Shown here one piece after another: positions 25,825 through 39,035 of a DNA stretch of 64,000 nt. The position numbers and the translations under genes are program-made. This stretch comes from Lama glama (lineage: Eukaryota): NCBI GenBank assembly GCA_028534125.1, contig CM052817.1, forward strand, positions 45,696,001-45,760,000. Reading direction: 5' to 3'. Position 1 is the stretch's first letter. Each line of letters opens with the position of its first letter. Below the pieces are notes generated by a model. That model did not search any database. It saw only the letters and a program-made list of their open reading frames with translations, and had not been told where the DNA came from.

Positions 25825-26280
25825 TTAAATTTTTATGTACTTTAAAAATAGAAATATAACTGACACACAGGAAAAGGCACATACCTTTAGTGCACAAATC
25901 AATGAATTTTTCCATGCGATTAAACCTGCATAACCACCACTTAGATCAAGATATAGAACCAGAAAGTTCCTTCATGCCTCCTCACAGACATTGTCTTCCA
26001 AAGGTAACTCTTATTCTGACTTTCATCACTACAGTTTAGTTTGGCCTGTTGTTGAATTTCACATAAGTGGAGTCCGGCGGTGTCTGGCGGTGTGCACTCT
26101 TTCACGTCTGGATTCTCTCACTCACTGTGAGACTCTCCTCGTTATTGTGTGTTAACACCTCATCATTTTTCACTGCTGGATAGTATTCAATTGTTTGAAG
26201 ATACTACAATTTATTAACCCATTTTACCTATGGTGCACATGGGGGCTATTTTCAGTTTAGGTTTATTATAAATGAAGCTA
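25825..26280 (-). mobile_element. Old L1 (L1MC/L1MD-like) 3' fragment
   Basis: aaatataactgacacacag...aatgaattttt...ataaccaccacttagatcaagatatagaac...tttcagtttagg. Confidence 0.75.
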
Positions 26281-26329
26281 TTTGCTTCATAGCTTCTTAG
26301 TTAACACTTGTCTAATGGTCATTGTAAGC

Positions 26330-26545
26330 CAAATTCTGGGTACTTGACAAGTACTGTCACTTAATCTTAACCTCACAATAAATGAAGGATAAGTGTTATT
26401 GTTCTCCCCATTTTACAAGTGAGTAAAGTAAGGCAGAAAGAGGTTAAATAACTTCCCAGGATACATAGCTAAAAGTAGTACAACTCAGATTTAAACTCTA
26501 GAAGGCAGTTTATCTCAACAACCTGTCTTCTTAACCATCTTGCTA
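26330..26545 (-). mobile_element. MIR SINE
   Basis: ctccccattttacaagtgagtaaagtaaggcagaaagaggttaaataacttccc. Confidence 0.8.
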
Positions 26546-26579
26546 AGTAGCTGCCTGTTAAAGTTAAAGGTATTAGCCA

Positions 26580-27255
26580 AACCACTTACTTGCTGTATGA
26601 CCTTGGGCAAGTCTCTTAATTACTTAATTATAAACTTGCGATAATAAGTCCTTCCATTCATAGAGTTATTGTGAGGGTTAAACAAGTAAGGCAGATAAGG
26701 CAAACATTGTTGCCTGATTAACCCAATAGCCATTCCCAATCCTCTCTTGCCAGCCTCCCTACAGAGGCTATAAGAGCTAAATGCTCCCTTCCTAGGCTTC
26801 TTTGCTGCTAGAGGTATCAAAGCACCCCAGTTCTACAAAATGAGATTGATAGGATATAGGCTAAGGGGCTTCTGGAAAAATTTTGCTTCCTTATGAAAAG
26901 AATATGTAAGAAAGAAAAATTCTCTTGGTGTGTGCTCTTCCTCCCTCCTTCCTCCCTTTAATGCAGATGTGACGTCTGGCACAGTGGCAGCCATCTTGTG
27001 AAGCCAAGGATGAAAGTCAACCCACTAGAGATGATGGAAGAGAAAGAGAAAAAGAGCCTTTCTCCTTGATGATACTGCTGATCCTGCCAAGCCAGGACTA
27101 GAATGCCTAACTGCAGACTTCCTATTAAATAAACAACAAATGGCTGGGGATTAAGTTACTCTTGGTTAGGGTTTCTATCACTCGCAATACAAATGACAAA
27201 CTATGTAAAATGCTTATCACGACGCCTGGCATAAGGTAAGAGTTCAACACATATT
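26580..27255 (+). mobile_element. MIR split by an old MaLR/ERVL LTR (~26708-27195)
   Basis: MIR 5' part ccacttacttgctgtatgaccttgggcaagt...gttattgtgagggttaaa and 3' part atgtaaaatgcttatcacgacgcctggcataaggtaag flank an LTR-like insert with gtggcagccatcttgtga. Confidence 0.65.
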
Positions 27256-28017
27256 AGATTATTAGGTGGACCTCTGTCTAATTGGAACATGGGACCAAAT
27301 GCCTTCACCTCCTTTAATCTGCTAATGATTTTCAAAAGGCACTTTTTAGGCACCATCAGAGGGAGGCTATTATGCCTCCTGGCATCATCTGTGAGCCTCA
27401 GGGATGGAGCGCTCCCCGCATCCTCCAACAAAGCAATAGGCAGCTGGACCTGTCAGCGTTCCCGGAGGTATTCTCTAGGCTGATGCCTATGAAAGCTGAG
27501 CTGCCTCACACACCCACAGAAAGCATCAGAAAGGAAAAATACCACAGCTAAATGTGATTTGTATTTTTCCACTTTATTAAAAAAGAAGTTCAGAAACTTC
27601 TAGGGCGGTTTTCACCATGAGTCTTGACAAGAACATGCATGAGGCTGGGTGGCTGCAGTAGGTGAGGCTGAGGGACCAGAGAAAATAGCACTCAGCAGCA
27701 GCCGGGGAGCCACGCCTTGTTATCCTTAGCCTGGCTGGCCTGCCTTTGTGCGACGAGGCATGAGCAAGACACACTCCCTAGAACGGAATCCTACTATTGT
27801 TTTAAAATGTTAAGCATTACTTAGCAGTTTACTTTAAAATTTTTTTGATTAGATTTTTGTTTGTCTAGGTCCAATACAACAAGTAAGTATTGAGTGCCTG
27901 CTCTGATCAAGGCACCCAGGTATCTAAGTGACACGGAGAAAGGCAAGTGGAAGAGATAGTGATTTGTTTGGTATTTCACACGGCCTTTCCCTTGACAGCT
28001 GCAACTGGGCTTATCTT

Positions 28018-28096
28018 CCCCTCCTAACACCAGCACACTGGGCATTGAGATTTTAGCATATGAACTTGGGGGGGCACAAATATTCAGACCACGGCA
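28018..28096 (-). mobile_element. Inverted MLT1A-like 5'-end fragment
   Basis: Reverse complement reads tgccgtggtctgaatatttgtgccccccc aagttcatatgctaaaatctcaatgcccagtgtgctggtgttaggag. Confidence 0.8.
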
Positions 28097-28227
28097 CTGG
28101 CCTTTCAGCATACTTGACAAAACAGATAATCTATGTGAAGAAAAAAGTGGTAGAGGAGGAAACATGACAATGCCAACATCAGAAGTCTTTATTTGGAAAG
28201 GTCAGATGCAAAAGGCCCTAAGCATCA

Positions 28228-28566
28228 ATAATTCATACGTTGAAATCCTAATGCCCAATGTGCTGGTGTTCGGAGGTGAGGCCTCCGAGAGGTTAAGCTT
28301 AGGTCATGAGAGTGGAGCCCTTAGGAATGGGATTAGTGCCTTTATGAAAGAGACCCCACAGAACTCCCTATACTCTTCTATCATGTAAGGACACAGAGAG
28401 AAAATATTGGCCTTGAACCAGGAAGAGGGCCTTCACTAGAAGGTGACCATGCTGGTGTCTTGGTCTTGGACTCCCAGCTTCCAGGACTGTGAAAAATAAA
28501 TTTCTGTTGTTTACAAGCTGCCCGGTTTGTGGAATTTTGTTACAGCAGCCCCGACGGACTAAGACA
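28228..28566 (+). mobile_element. MaLR solo LTR (MLT1A-like), 5' ~30 bp missing
   Basis: aattcatacgttgaaatcctaatgcccaatgtg...gggattagtgcctttatgaaagagacccc...aataaatttctgttgtttacaagc...cagcagccccgacggactaagaca. Confidence 0.88.
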
Positions 28567-30434
28567 GAAGGGGATGAGCAAGTAGGTGAAAGGGATTAGC
28601 TGGCTATTAAGTAACACACGAAAGTAAGGTATTCATTAATTACCATTTCTGCCCTTTAGTCCTCTTTCTGCTTGTTAAGCTATCTCCTAAACAACAAAAC
28701 TCAAAAGCTTACAGTGTCAGGACAAAGTTCCTAGAATCTGAAGATCTCTGTCCTCCACAAACATGGAAATGAGAATGAACTTGTTACTCACTGGAGTCAA
28801 GTTCTAGGCTGGAAATGCTGAGGCAGAGTTGGGAGCCCCGAAGTCTATTGGGTTTTGTGAGTGTCAGTGCCATTGTTCTTTGGACGAGCTGCTTCTCCTC
28901 TTTGAGACCCAGTTTCCCTGACTATGAATCCTCTTCTCCGTAAGGGACCATCACTGCTGCGCTTGGCCTCTCTGCTGAGACGGGTCATTTTCAGAACTTG
29001 GACTGGGTGGAAGATGCAAGTTGAGGATGGAACCACACACAGCAAGACCCATTGCATCACTGGGACTCCAGGAAAGGACCTTGTGTTTCACTGTCTCCTG
29101 GAATGTGGTCTATGTCCTGACATGTCATCAAAGATAGGTGGCCCATCTTCGGGGAGTGGGAACCAGGTGCCCATTCATTCCCAAATAAAGAGAAGGGGCC
29201 AAGAGAACAGGAATCAATCATTAATTAGGAAGTCCTAGGTATACATGCGAGCTGGTAGCTCACACAAAGGTACAAAGAACACAAGCTGAAGTGGGTACAA
29301 AGCTTGTTTCCAGTTTATGTGTGATTACAGTAACTTATTAACTTTGTAGGAGTGAATCTTCTCTGCAGAAATATTCCTCATAATGAATTGAATCAGTTGA
29401 AATCAATATGAGAAACCATGCTTTATGTAAGAGATGTTGTGAGTAATGAATTTTAATCAAATACGTTAAGTGATGAGGCGAACTGGCTGTTGGAAAGAAT
29501 TCCATAGTGACTCCTCATTTAATGGGATTAATTACCACCTAATTTGTCACCTGTGTAAAGAAGCATTCTGATTTTAATTTGCCTAAAATCCAGACTCTCT
29601 TATGCTCTTGTTCCCTAACACATTCACAACTCCAGAGGGAAATGGCTCGCTCTCCTTATTCACCGAATTTGCATCTCAGCTTAAAATAACATAAATCAGT
29701 ACTTGGATACACACATCCACATAAACATCATCTTCAGGATTTCATTCGTTAACCAACCTCCAACTGCTGCTACCCTCAGTATCTCTTAAATGCTGGCAGC
29801 ACAGTCTCCCCTGCTAAGAAACGCACCAGCAACACCAACTGGGGAGGCGCCCCCGGCACTGTTATTGGAGCACAGCATCTTCTGATGAATCTTCGGGACC
29901 CATTAAAATGCTACTCTGCAGCCACCACTGACAGATGCTATTAAACACATCAATCTGGAAAGACAGACTCTGGCAACATGAGCTAACTTGGGTGAACCGT
30001 GGAAGCTGTATAAAAATTGGCTCAACTTGAAGAATAATTTTGCTTTTGGTGGTCTACTAATTCAGAATAAATTTGTAAGTGTTGCTGCTGGGAAAAGAAT
30101 TATTCACAATGTGACACTGCCCATTCTATACGTCGTAAACCACTCCTTTAATATATTCTTAGGTTCCCCCTGGCACTGTTAGGGTCAGACAGGGATCCTC
30201 TACATGCACACATGCTTAATTTGAGGCAGCTCTACCTCATGGCTTTATTTCAAAAGTAATTCCCAGGTCTAAATACCCAGCCTGGCATTCTCTCTTGTGT
30301 TCCAGGCCCCTAGCTTAGATCCCTTTTGGGCTTTATATTCAAAATCAGTAAGTCTATTAACTGGTTTTTCTTTCCCCATCAAACTAGCTCCTCTGGGCTT
30401 GTTTCTGCCATCACCCTTACCCTTATCCAAGTTC

Positions 30435-31003
30435 TTTTTATTTACTTTTTAAAATAAATGTTGTATATATTTAGGATGTACAACATGATGATTTGATATA
30501 AATATGTACAATGAAATAATTACAACAGTCAAGTTAACTAACACAGCATCTCCTTGTGTGGCTACCATATTTTGTATGTGATGTGAACACTTGAAATCTA
30601 CTCTTCTAGCAAATTTCCAGGATCCTATACAGTATATTAACTAGAGTCATCATGCTGTACATGAGACCTCTAGACTTTTTCATCCTATGGAACTGTACCC
30701 TACAGACCTTTGTACCCATTGATCAGTATCTCATTTCCCCCACTGCTCCATCCCTGGGAACTACCGTTCTACTCTCTGCTTCCCTGTACTCGATTTTTTG
30801 TAGATCCCACATAGAAGTGAGATCATGTCATTTTCTCCTTTCTATGCCTGACTTGTTTCACTTAGCATAATGTCCTCCAGGTTCACCCATGTTGTTGCAG
30901 AGATCTTCTTTTTCAAGGCTGAATAATATTCTATTGTGTGTATGTGCACATCTCATAATTTCTTTGAGATATGTATATCTCACAATTTCTTTATCCATTC
31001 ATC
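30435..31003 (-). mobile_element. Old L1 (L1MA-like) 3' fragment
   Basis: tgtacaacatgatgatttgata...aacacttgaaatctactctt...tttcacttagcataatgtcctccaggttcacccatgttgttgca. Confidence 0.88.
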
Positions 31004-31125
31004 CAAAGTCACACAGCTCACAAAAGGGGGAATCTTATTCCTCTAGATACCAAGGCTAATAAGGGAAGCACTTTGCATTGTGGTGAAATATTAAGCTACA
31101 GATGAACACACACATACCAAGACAA

Positions 31126-31126
<1 letters not shown>

Positions 31127-31157
<31 letters not shown>
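31127..31157 (+). repeat. (CA)n microsatellite
   Basis: ~15 CA units. Confidence 0.95.
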
Positions 31158-31161
<4 letters not shown>

Positions 31162-32059
31162 CTAAATGATTCAACAGTAAGGAAGACTTGTTTCTGCCCC
31201 ACCAAACATACAAATTCCTCCTGTATCTAGTTAGAAGGAAATGAGTGGGTCATTCCCTAGTCCCTAGGACAGATGCCCATGTGTCCTGTCAGCCAGACTA
31301 CAGGGACACGTCTTTCTAGCTCAGAGGCTGCTTTTAGCAGACAGATTCGCATCTCACCCTAAAAGCACTTATCAACTGTTAGGTCTCTGCATGCTGGAGC
31401 AGAAGCACTCTGGCTTCATAAAGCTATGGGGCTGTAATTGCATTCACAAGTCTTCATCCAGAAAATCTACTTTTTACTAAACCCTTATCAAATAATGATA
31501 TATAGAAAAGCCAAAATTATTCTTCATGAGATCATGAATAGCATTTCTATTGGCTGTGTAATTGAATCAAGACCACTTCAGCTTTGGCTCCTCTCTCTGA
31601 AATCCACCCTTTCATTCACAACCTAAGCAAGTAACAGCAGCATAAAAAAAGTACAAGCAAACTTTCTAAGCCACACAGAGAAAAGGAATTCTCCTTTCTA
31701 TGTACAGCTGTACACACGACCTAGGGAGGAATATGCCAGGTATCAATTTTGATTTCTGTTTCACCATAATAAATCCACAATCAGTCTAGGTAAACACTGC
31801 TGAGCAAAGGGAGGAAAGTGAAGTCTTCTTTGAAAATGTGATAAAATTTCTAAAAAGTGGAAAAACTATCAAGTTGGAATCTCCAGCCTCATAAATGAGC
31901 CCTGATTCTCTCATTTCCACTGCACACAGGTCATTTCTTCTTGGATGACAAATTATCACCAAATCACAGGTACCAGCCTAAACTGAGCAATTCCAAAATA
32001 ATTCTCCTGATGCTGCCAATGGCACCAGTTAGGTTTAATGTATGAAAGGAAATTTGACA

Positions 32060-32330
32060 TAGGTATAGTAGATACAGAGAACAGAGTAGTGGTTACCAGA
32101 CAGGGAGGGGGTCAGGGGGGTTCCTGGGTGACATGGGTAAAGAGAAAGAGGATCAATTGTGTGTTAACAGATGGGAACTAAATTTTTGGTGGTGAGCATG
32201 TTGTAGGGTATACAGAAATAGGAATATAATGTGGTACACATGAACCTTATACAATGTGATCAATCCATGTTACCTCAATACAAAATAAACTTAAAAAATA
32301 CATTATTCTTCCCCCCAAAAAAAAGAGAGA
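32060..32330 (+). mobile_element. L1 3' end
   Basis: tagatacagagaacagagtagtggttaccaga...tttttggtggtgagcatg...atgttacctcaata plus A-rich tail. Possible TSD aaaggaaatttga / aaagaaaatttga. Confidence 0.8.
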
Positions 32331-32399
32331 AAAAGAAAATTTGATGTCTTTCTCAAGTTTGTTTTTGATATCCTGTCAAACTTAGTCCTTGTTTAGCCT

Positions 32400-33050
32400 T
32401 CAATTAAAACAATTATTTAGAATCCACTATGTACTTAATACCATGCTAAGTGTTGGGGAGAAAATAACAAACTGAATCACCAGCCTCACAGAACTTAATA
32501 TTCAGTGGAGCAAGCCAATTATTAAGCATGAGGGTAGAATGCAGTATAATTAGGTCAGGGCAGTGTCCAAGCATGTCAGAGGTGCGCCAAAGGCACACAT
32601 AGGTCAGGGAGGTAGAGCACTTCTAAGAGAAGTTACCTCTCAGACTGGATGTGAGGAATGAGTCAAAGACAGTCCATGAAGAATAGGATGGGCGGAAAGG
32701 AGGGGGAACAGGATTTGAAACAGAAAGAGCATCACATACAAAATTGCAGCCTGAGAGAGCATGAAGTCTTATGTCTGGAGCCTAAGATGCAAAATGATCT
32801 GGCACCAGATTGCATGGGGCCTTATAAGATATGTATGAGCTCTGGCCTTTATCCCAATGAGTTTGAACAGAGAGGTGATGTGATCAGCTTTGTGCTTTCA
32901 ATAGGTCATCCTGGTGAGGGCAGAGAGTTGGCTGGAGCCTGGCCAGTGTTGGAGCCAGGGAAAGCAGCCAGACACTGCTTCAGAGAAGAGGAGCCGCTGT
33001 CCTGGACACAGGTAGTGGCCAAGGAGATGGAGAGAAGGGAGTGGCTCTGG
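32400..33050 (-). mobile_element. L2 LINE fragment
   Basis: atttagaatccactatgt...catgctaagtgttgggga...gagtttgaacagagaggtgatgtgatcagctttgtgcttt; explains the 197-aa chance ORF. Confidence 0.65.
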
Positions 33051-33139
33051 ATCTCTCCTGGACTGGGTTCCTTTACCATCATTCTCAGTCCCATCACAGG
33101 GCCCCCACAAAGTAAATGCTTGAGGATCCACAAAGCATA

Positions 33140-33380
33140 CACAAATCTGAAGCCATACTGCTCTGTTCAAACCTCAACTCCACTCCTCGTTGGCTTTGTG
33201 ACCAGGGGTAAGTTATCGAACCTCTCGGGTCCTCAGTTTTCTCAAAAGTAAAATGGGGATAATAATAGTGTATACACATATGCCATAGTAAATACACGTT
33301 AAATACATAGTTAATATACAGGCACTTAGAGCAACACCAGGCATGTAAGAAGCACTCAACAAGTATTAATTATTATTGTT
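33140..33380 (+). mobile_element. MIR SINE
   Basis: tgtgaccaggggtaagttatcgaacctctcgggtcctcagttttctc...gtaaaatggggataataatagt...aagcactcaacaagtatta. Confidence 0.85.
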
Positions 33381-33692
33381 ATTAAATGTGTTTGGTGTTA
33401 TACTGTCATTTCTTTTACTCACAATCTCAGCACACCTTACCCAGTCTCCTCCACAACGGCATCTTAAACAGCCTTCCCACCTTACTCTTCCCTTGCCTAA
33501 CTCTACTCTGTACATGATTTCTAGATTAATCTTCCAGACATCTTTCATCATGTCATGTCCCTTTCCCAGATCTTTTAAACCTCCCAGTTAAGTCCCTAAA
33601 TCCTTCATCTAATTATTAAAACACTTCCTGAACTTGGTCTAATTTATTCTTCCCTCAGCTTATTTCCCATTATAGTCATACTCTGGGGTGTA

Positions 33693-33751
33693 TCCTTTTG
33701 GTTTATGAGAATTTAAATTTATGTCCTTTTGGTTTATGAAAATTTAAATTT
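33693..33751. repeat. 31-bp tandem duplication
   Basis: tccttttggtttatgagaatttaaattt atg tccttttggtttatgaaaatttaaattt (27/28 identical). Confidence 0.9.
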
Positions 33752-34779
33752 GCAAGGAGTTCAGGTCATACCTGCTTTGGCTTGTGAAGATGCATTCATT
33801 CACATTTATGAGAACTGCTTTGGATGGTGTGCACCTCTCAAGTCGCTGAGCACTAGGAAACAAGAGCCCCCATGAGGTCATCTTCCCAGCGATGCAGTAT
33901 TCCCAGTATTTTTGGCTAGCAAGTCTACAGTAGTGACAAGCTTATGCACAGTTTGCATTGCTTTTATTGATTTATTTTGTCTTTTGTGGGCTAAAAAAGG
34001 ACAATAAAAGTTTAAGGGTATGGTATGCAATACCCATAAGTGAACTGAATGAAAGCATTTAGCCTTATCATAGAGTAATTAATGAAGGGACATTGTCTTG
34101 GAAGGCCATCAAGACAACTAACGTCACCTACTGAAATGAGAATGTCCATTTTAAGGGGATTTGGTGTTGTTTTTATGATTGGATTAATTTCAGGGCTCAG
34201 GACGTAGCAACATCTCTTGAAATTAAAAATAATTATGTTATAGACTTTATAGGAACTTGCCTTATAGAGGTTTTCTGGAAGAAATTATCCTGGAAAGATA
34301 GAGAAAGACTGTTTTTTTTTCCCTCGAAAGGCATTCTGTGCCTAATGGTGGGTATTAACTTCTTCCCCTTCACACATGTTACCAATTCCCACTTTTTTGG
34401 CTTTCCTGGTGCTCTGCCCTCTACCTCAGCTTCTCCTCACTTTTCTTCTACCATTTTTACCAAAGCTTGACATTATTGCTCAATCGTCTGTCTTCTGTGA
34501 AGGCTTTTGTAATAATTATAACTCACATTGACACTTCTCTTCTCTAAACATCTATTGTCTGTTCCTTATACTTTTGTTTATATCTTTTTTGAGTATATAA
34601 ATAATGTGTAATTAATATATAATAAACAGCTTATATTTCACTTCTTTCTTTGTTATTAAAATTACAATCCATTGTTGCTATTCTTGCTGAAACCCTCAAT
34701 TGTCTTATAAAGACATGTAATAAATAAGGGAAAAAGTATTTTATATTTATCCCCATATATACCTCATTTCCTCTCTTCT

Positions 34780-35325
34780 GGTATATCAGCTACATATCAC
34801 TGTATAATAAATTATCCCAGAACTGAGTAGCTTAAAACAACATGTATTATTTCACAGTTTCTGTGGGTCAGGAATTGGGGTACTCTGTCTCAGGATCTCT
34901 CATGAAGCTACAGGCAAGGTGCTCAGCACTTCAATCAAAACAAGGCTCAACTGGGGAATAATCTGCTTCTAAGTTCATTCATCTGGTAGTTGGCATGATT
35001 CTGGTGAGCTTTTGGACTGAAGACCTCAATTTCTTTCTGGCTGTTGGCCAGAGGCCACCCTCAGTTCTTTACCACTTATGTTTCTTTAGCATGTAGCACA
35101 CAGCATGATAGACTGTGTCATCTGAGTGAGCAAATGAGAAAAAACAGAGAAGAATGTGAGCAAGATAGAAATCATTCTTTTATAACCTAACTTGGAAGTG
35201 ATGTCCCAGCACTCTTGATGCACTACAATCATTAGAAGCAAGTCTCTAGGTCCATCTCATACACAGGAAAGGGAATTATACCAGGAAGTGGGGATCATTG
35301 GCAACTACTGTAGAAGCTGACTAGT
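34780..35325 (-). mobile_element. Old MaLR LTR (MLT1F/G/H-like)
   Basis: aactgagtagcttaaaacaaca...tttcacagtttctgtgggtcaggaatt...ccaggaagtggggatcattgg. Confidence 0.78.
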
Positions 35326-35389
35326 ACTAAGTTTTTTTGAGGAGGTATATATATATATATATATATGTATATACATATATAGTACACAA

Positions 35390-37025
35390 CACAGTGTTAT
35401 TTTTAAAGACAATTGCCCGAAGGAGTTCCTTCAACATTTAAGCATGTCTTACTTACTTGTCTGTTGACGACACATTCTTTAAGCTTTTGTGTTGGAAGAA
35501 ATATTTACTTTGCCTTTTTTGAAAGTTATTTTTGCTGGGTACAAAATTCTAGATCGATAGTTTTTTATTTCAGTCTTTTAAAGCTATTGCTTCACTTTCT
35601 TCTCACTTGTGGTTGTTTCTCTGAGAAGTCTGCTATAATTTTTATCTTTTTTTTATTAATTGTCTTTTTTTCTGACTGCTTTAAGTTCATTTTCTTTTTC
35701 ATTGATCTTAAACATTTGATTAAGATGTGTCTTGGTGGAGTTGTCTTTATGTTTCTTTTGTGTGGAGTTTGTCAAACCTCCTGAATTTCTAAGTGAATAG
35801 TTTTCATCAAATTGGGAAACATTTCAGCCATTAGGTTTTCAAATATTTTTTCTATACCTCCCATTTCCTTCAAGGACATGTATATTAGGCCAGTTGAAGT
35901 TGCCCCACAACTCATCACTGCTTTGTGCATTTATTTTGTAAGTATTTTTTCTCATGTGTCATTTTGGAAATTTTCTATTGCTTTGTCTTCAAGTTTACTA
36001 AGTTTTCTTATGCTGTGTCTAGTTCTGTTAGTCCTATTCAGTGTTGTTTCATATTTGACATTTTAAATCTTTTTCTATAGGTTTGATTTGACTCAAAAAG
36101 TCTTCCACATCCCTCTTTAAAATGCTCTTTCCTTCTTTTATCTGTTTGAAAATATGGAGTACATTTATTATAATTATCTTAATGTTCTTTTCTACTAATT
36201 CTATCATCTGTATCATTTCTAGGTCTGGATCTATTGATCAAATTTTCTCCTCTTTATGAGTTCTATTTTATTGCTTCTTTATATGCCTAATAATTTTTGA
36301 CTAGAAGACAGACATTATGCCTTTTTATGTTGTCAAGTGTTAAATATTATGGGTTTTTTTGCATTATTTTAAGTGTTTCAACTTTGTTCTGGGACATGGC
36401 TAATTACTTGGAAACATTTTGATCCTTTCATAGCTTGTATTTAAATTTTGTTAGGTGGGATCACAACAGCCCTTAGCCTAGGGTTAGCTTGTATCTTTCT
36501 GAGTACTGAACCTGATTCCGCATGCATTATGAAGTTTCTCTCCTCTGGTTCCTGGGAACATGAATGATTTCCAATCTTGTGTGAATGTCAGGAATTTTTC
36601 TGCCAACTCCTTTCTGGTGATACTTTCCTCAACTCCAGGAAATTTTCACACAACTCAGGACTTGAAAAGAACCTCTTCAGGTTCTGGAACTCTCTCTCTC
36701 TCTGTAGTTCTGGTACCCTTCTTTGGGAATTCTACCTGCTTTGTCACCCCCTATAATTCTCAACTCTGCCTCTTCAACTCAGAGAGAATCCCTGGATCTG
36801 CCTAAGTTCTTTTTCTCTGCACCCTAGCCTGAAAACTCTAAGAATCAAGCTGAGGCAATTGTTGGGCTCATCTTGTTTATTTCCCTTCTCTTAGAAATTA
36901 CTGCCTTTTATCCAATATTGAAAAACTGCTGATGCATATATTTTCTTCTAATTTTTTTTTTAGTTGTTTAAGGTAGAAAGTTAAATCTGGTCTTTGTTCC
37001 TCCATCACATTCAGAAGTAGAAATT
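35390..37025 (-). mobile_element. Ancient L1M fragment (5'/ORF1-side), T-rich on the plus strand
   Basis: ttttgctgggtacaaaattctag...ctgagaagtctgct...ttttcatcaaattgggaaacatttcagccatta; typical antisense old L1. Confidence 0.75.
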
Positions 37026-37899
37026 GATTTCATATCCTTTAGTAACCTATTACACATTTTATTCCTTCCCACCAAATTTTCATATATCCCTTATGTTCTT
37101 CGAAAAGTACTCTTAGAGGCCAGAACCCATATCACCTGACTTCTTTTGCACCATGCACAGTGCTCTGCACATAGTGAAAATATATATTTCTCTTTGCATA
37201 GTCCCCTGGAAGGATTGGCTGTGAACTATCTTCTTGTTGCTTCTATAATAGTGCATCCTTGTGGTCCCTCTCTTATTTCTGTCTTCTCCATATTTAGCTC
37301 CTCTTACCACTGCATAAATATAGGAACTTCCCTTCACAATGTCACTCAATCTGATGGCTTCAGCTATTATCTTTGTCAAGTACTTAGCAGCAAATTTACG
37401 ACACCAAAGGGTCTCAAACTGAAATTTATGTGCCAAATATCTTAAAGGTGAACAAAGGTGAAAAACTGCCATCTGGCAAAATTAGTCTAATTATTCTAAT
37501 TACTATGCTTGGTTGAAACCCATTATTTTGGCTTATTCCCCACCTTCTGATCCTAACCTCCCACTCCCTGCTGTGATTCTCAGTGTCTTCCCAACTCAGC
37601 TGATAGTAACTCGTGACTTTCCAAGACTTTCCCTGGTTGGTCCTAAGTGCCTGTCTCTTAGATCACAGACAGAGCCTGAGGTCCATTTGCTGTTTCTGGT
37701 ACTGTTCCTGTATATCTGAGTTTCATCTCTGGCTAGATCTGTGTTGTGCTAAGGCCAACAGTATTCCGGAGGTGCTTGCTAATCCCTATTTATACTGCAG
37801 TTGCAAAATTCTTCCGCCTTCCAGCTGGAAAAACTGGTTTTGTAGATGAAGATATCAATGAAATTACTGTCTCATAGGTGAAGGTCACTCCTTTAAAAA

Positions 37900-38742
37900 C
37901 CTACTGCAGTGACTTCCAGGACTTACATGCTTGAATTAAATTGAACATGGATGTGCTACACATTTCCATGTGGATACTCTGCTTTCACCTCAAGCCTGGT
38001 ATATCCAAAATTCAACTTCCCACCTTCCCTTCTAATCTGACCCTTCCCTTCTGGTCCCCATTCTTATTAATGGTGCCTCCAATCTCCCAAGCTCAGGAGT
38101 CATCTTTGACATCTTGGTCTCTTACTATTTTCACCTGATTTGTTTTCTAGTTTCCACGGTTTTACATTAATGATGTTCCCCGTATGTTGTGGATTCTAAC
38201 CCTCCCTCCAATGTTTATCTTATTCATTTGTTTTCTTTTCCTTTTTTTCTATACAACCCCATTATCACTCCCTTGCTGCAAGGCCTCATCCTTGATGCCC
38301 CCACCTCTAACGACCTAATCCATCCAATATAGCATTTTCAGGTAAATCCCTTTCAAGGATGGCCTGCTTATGTGAATTTCCTTTTCAAAAGTTTCAGCAG
38401 CTCTTCACTGTCTACAAAATTGAGCCCAAACTAATCCTGCAACACTGAAGGCTCTTTCCTCAGTGATTTTTGACTTATACTACCTTTGTAATCTTGGCCA
38501 TCGTGCGTCCCCCCCAACACCTGTCATCTTCAGTCAAACTGAATTTCTCTTGGAATTCTCTCAGGTACACTGATGCCTGTTTAAGCCCGTGGATCTGAGT
38601 TTTAAGTCTCTGCACACAGGTCAACTCATTCATGTCATTTTCTCCAAGTTTCTACCCATAAGTAATAGCAGCATGCTTATGCTCAGGACAGTGCCTGGCA
38701 CACAGTAGGCACACAAGCAGTATTTATTTGATGAGTGAATGA
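37900..38742 (+). mobile_element. L2 LINE 3' fragment (probably continuing from ~37200-37440)
   Basis: cacctcaagcctggtatatccaaaattcaactt...cagtgcctggcacacagtaggcacac...tatttgatgagtgaatga. Confidence 0.7.
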
Positions 38743-38891
38743 CCTTCTTTTATACTTTCACGGCATTTTGTAATTGTCAAATAACATTTTTATCATTTTG
38801 CCTTGATGCAACTACTGGTTCATTCAAAAAGAAATGACTAAGTGCCCGTGTGTGCGAAGTTCCACGCTCCAGAGTTAACTGAGCAATGGTT

Positions 38892-39035
38892 ATCTTTCCC
38901 ACAGCAGGGTGAATGTGTCCATTGTATACATGAGCATCTCTCTCACAGCAGTGTGAGTGTATCCACTGTATACTCAGTCTTCTCCCCCAAGCAGTGTGAA
39001 TGTGCCCACTGCCTACATGGCCATCTCTCCCACAG
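38892..39035. repeat. Degenerate ~44-bp minisatellite, ~3.3 copies
   Basis: atctttcccacagcagggtgaatgtgtccattgtatacatgagc / atctctctcacagcagtgtgagtgtatccactgtatactcagtc / ttctcccccaagcagtgtgaatgtgcccactgcctacatggcc / atctctcccacag. Confidence 0.88.

Noticed and set aside
32658..33251. 197-aa ORF
   Set aside because: Spans decayed L2 and MIR sequence, with no recognisable protein features.
16391..39035. CRISPR-like interpretation of the short tandem repeats (16.4, 33.7, 38.9 kb)
   Set aside because: Eukaryotic intron; units are contiguous without unique spacers and no cas genes are present.
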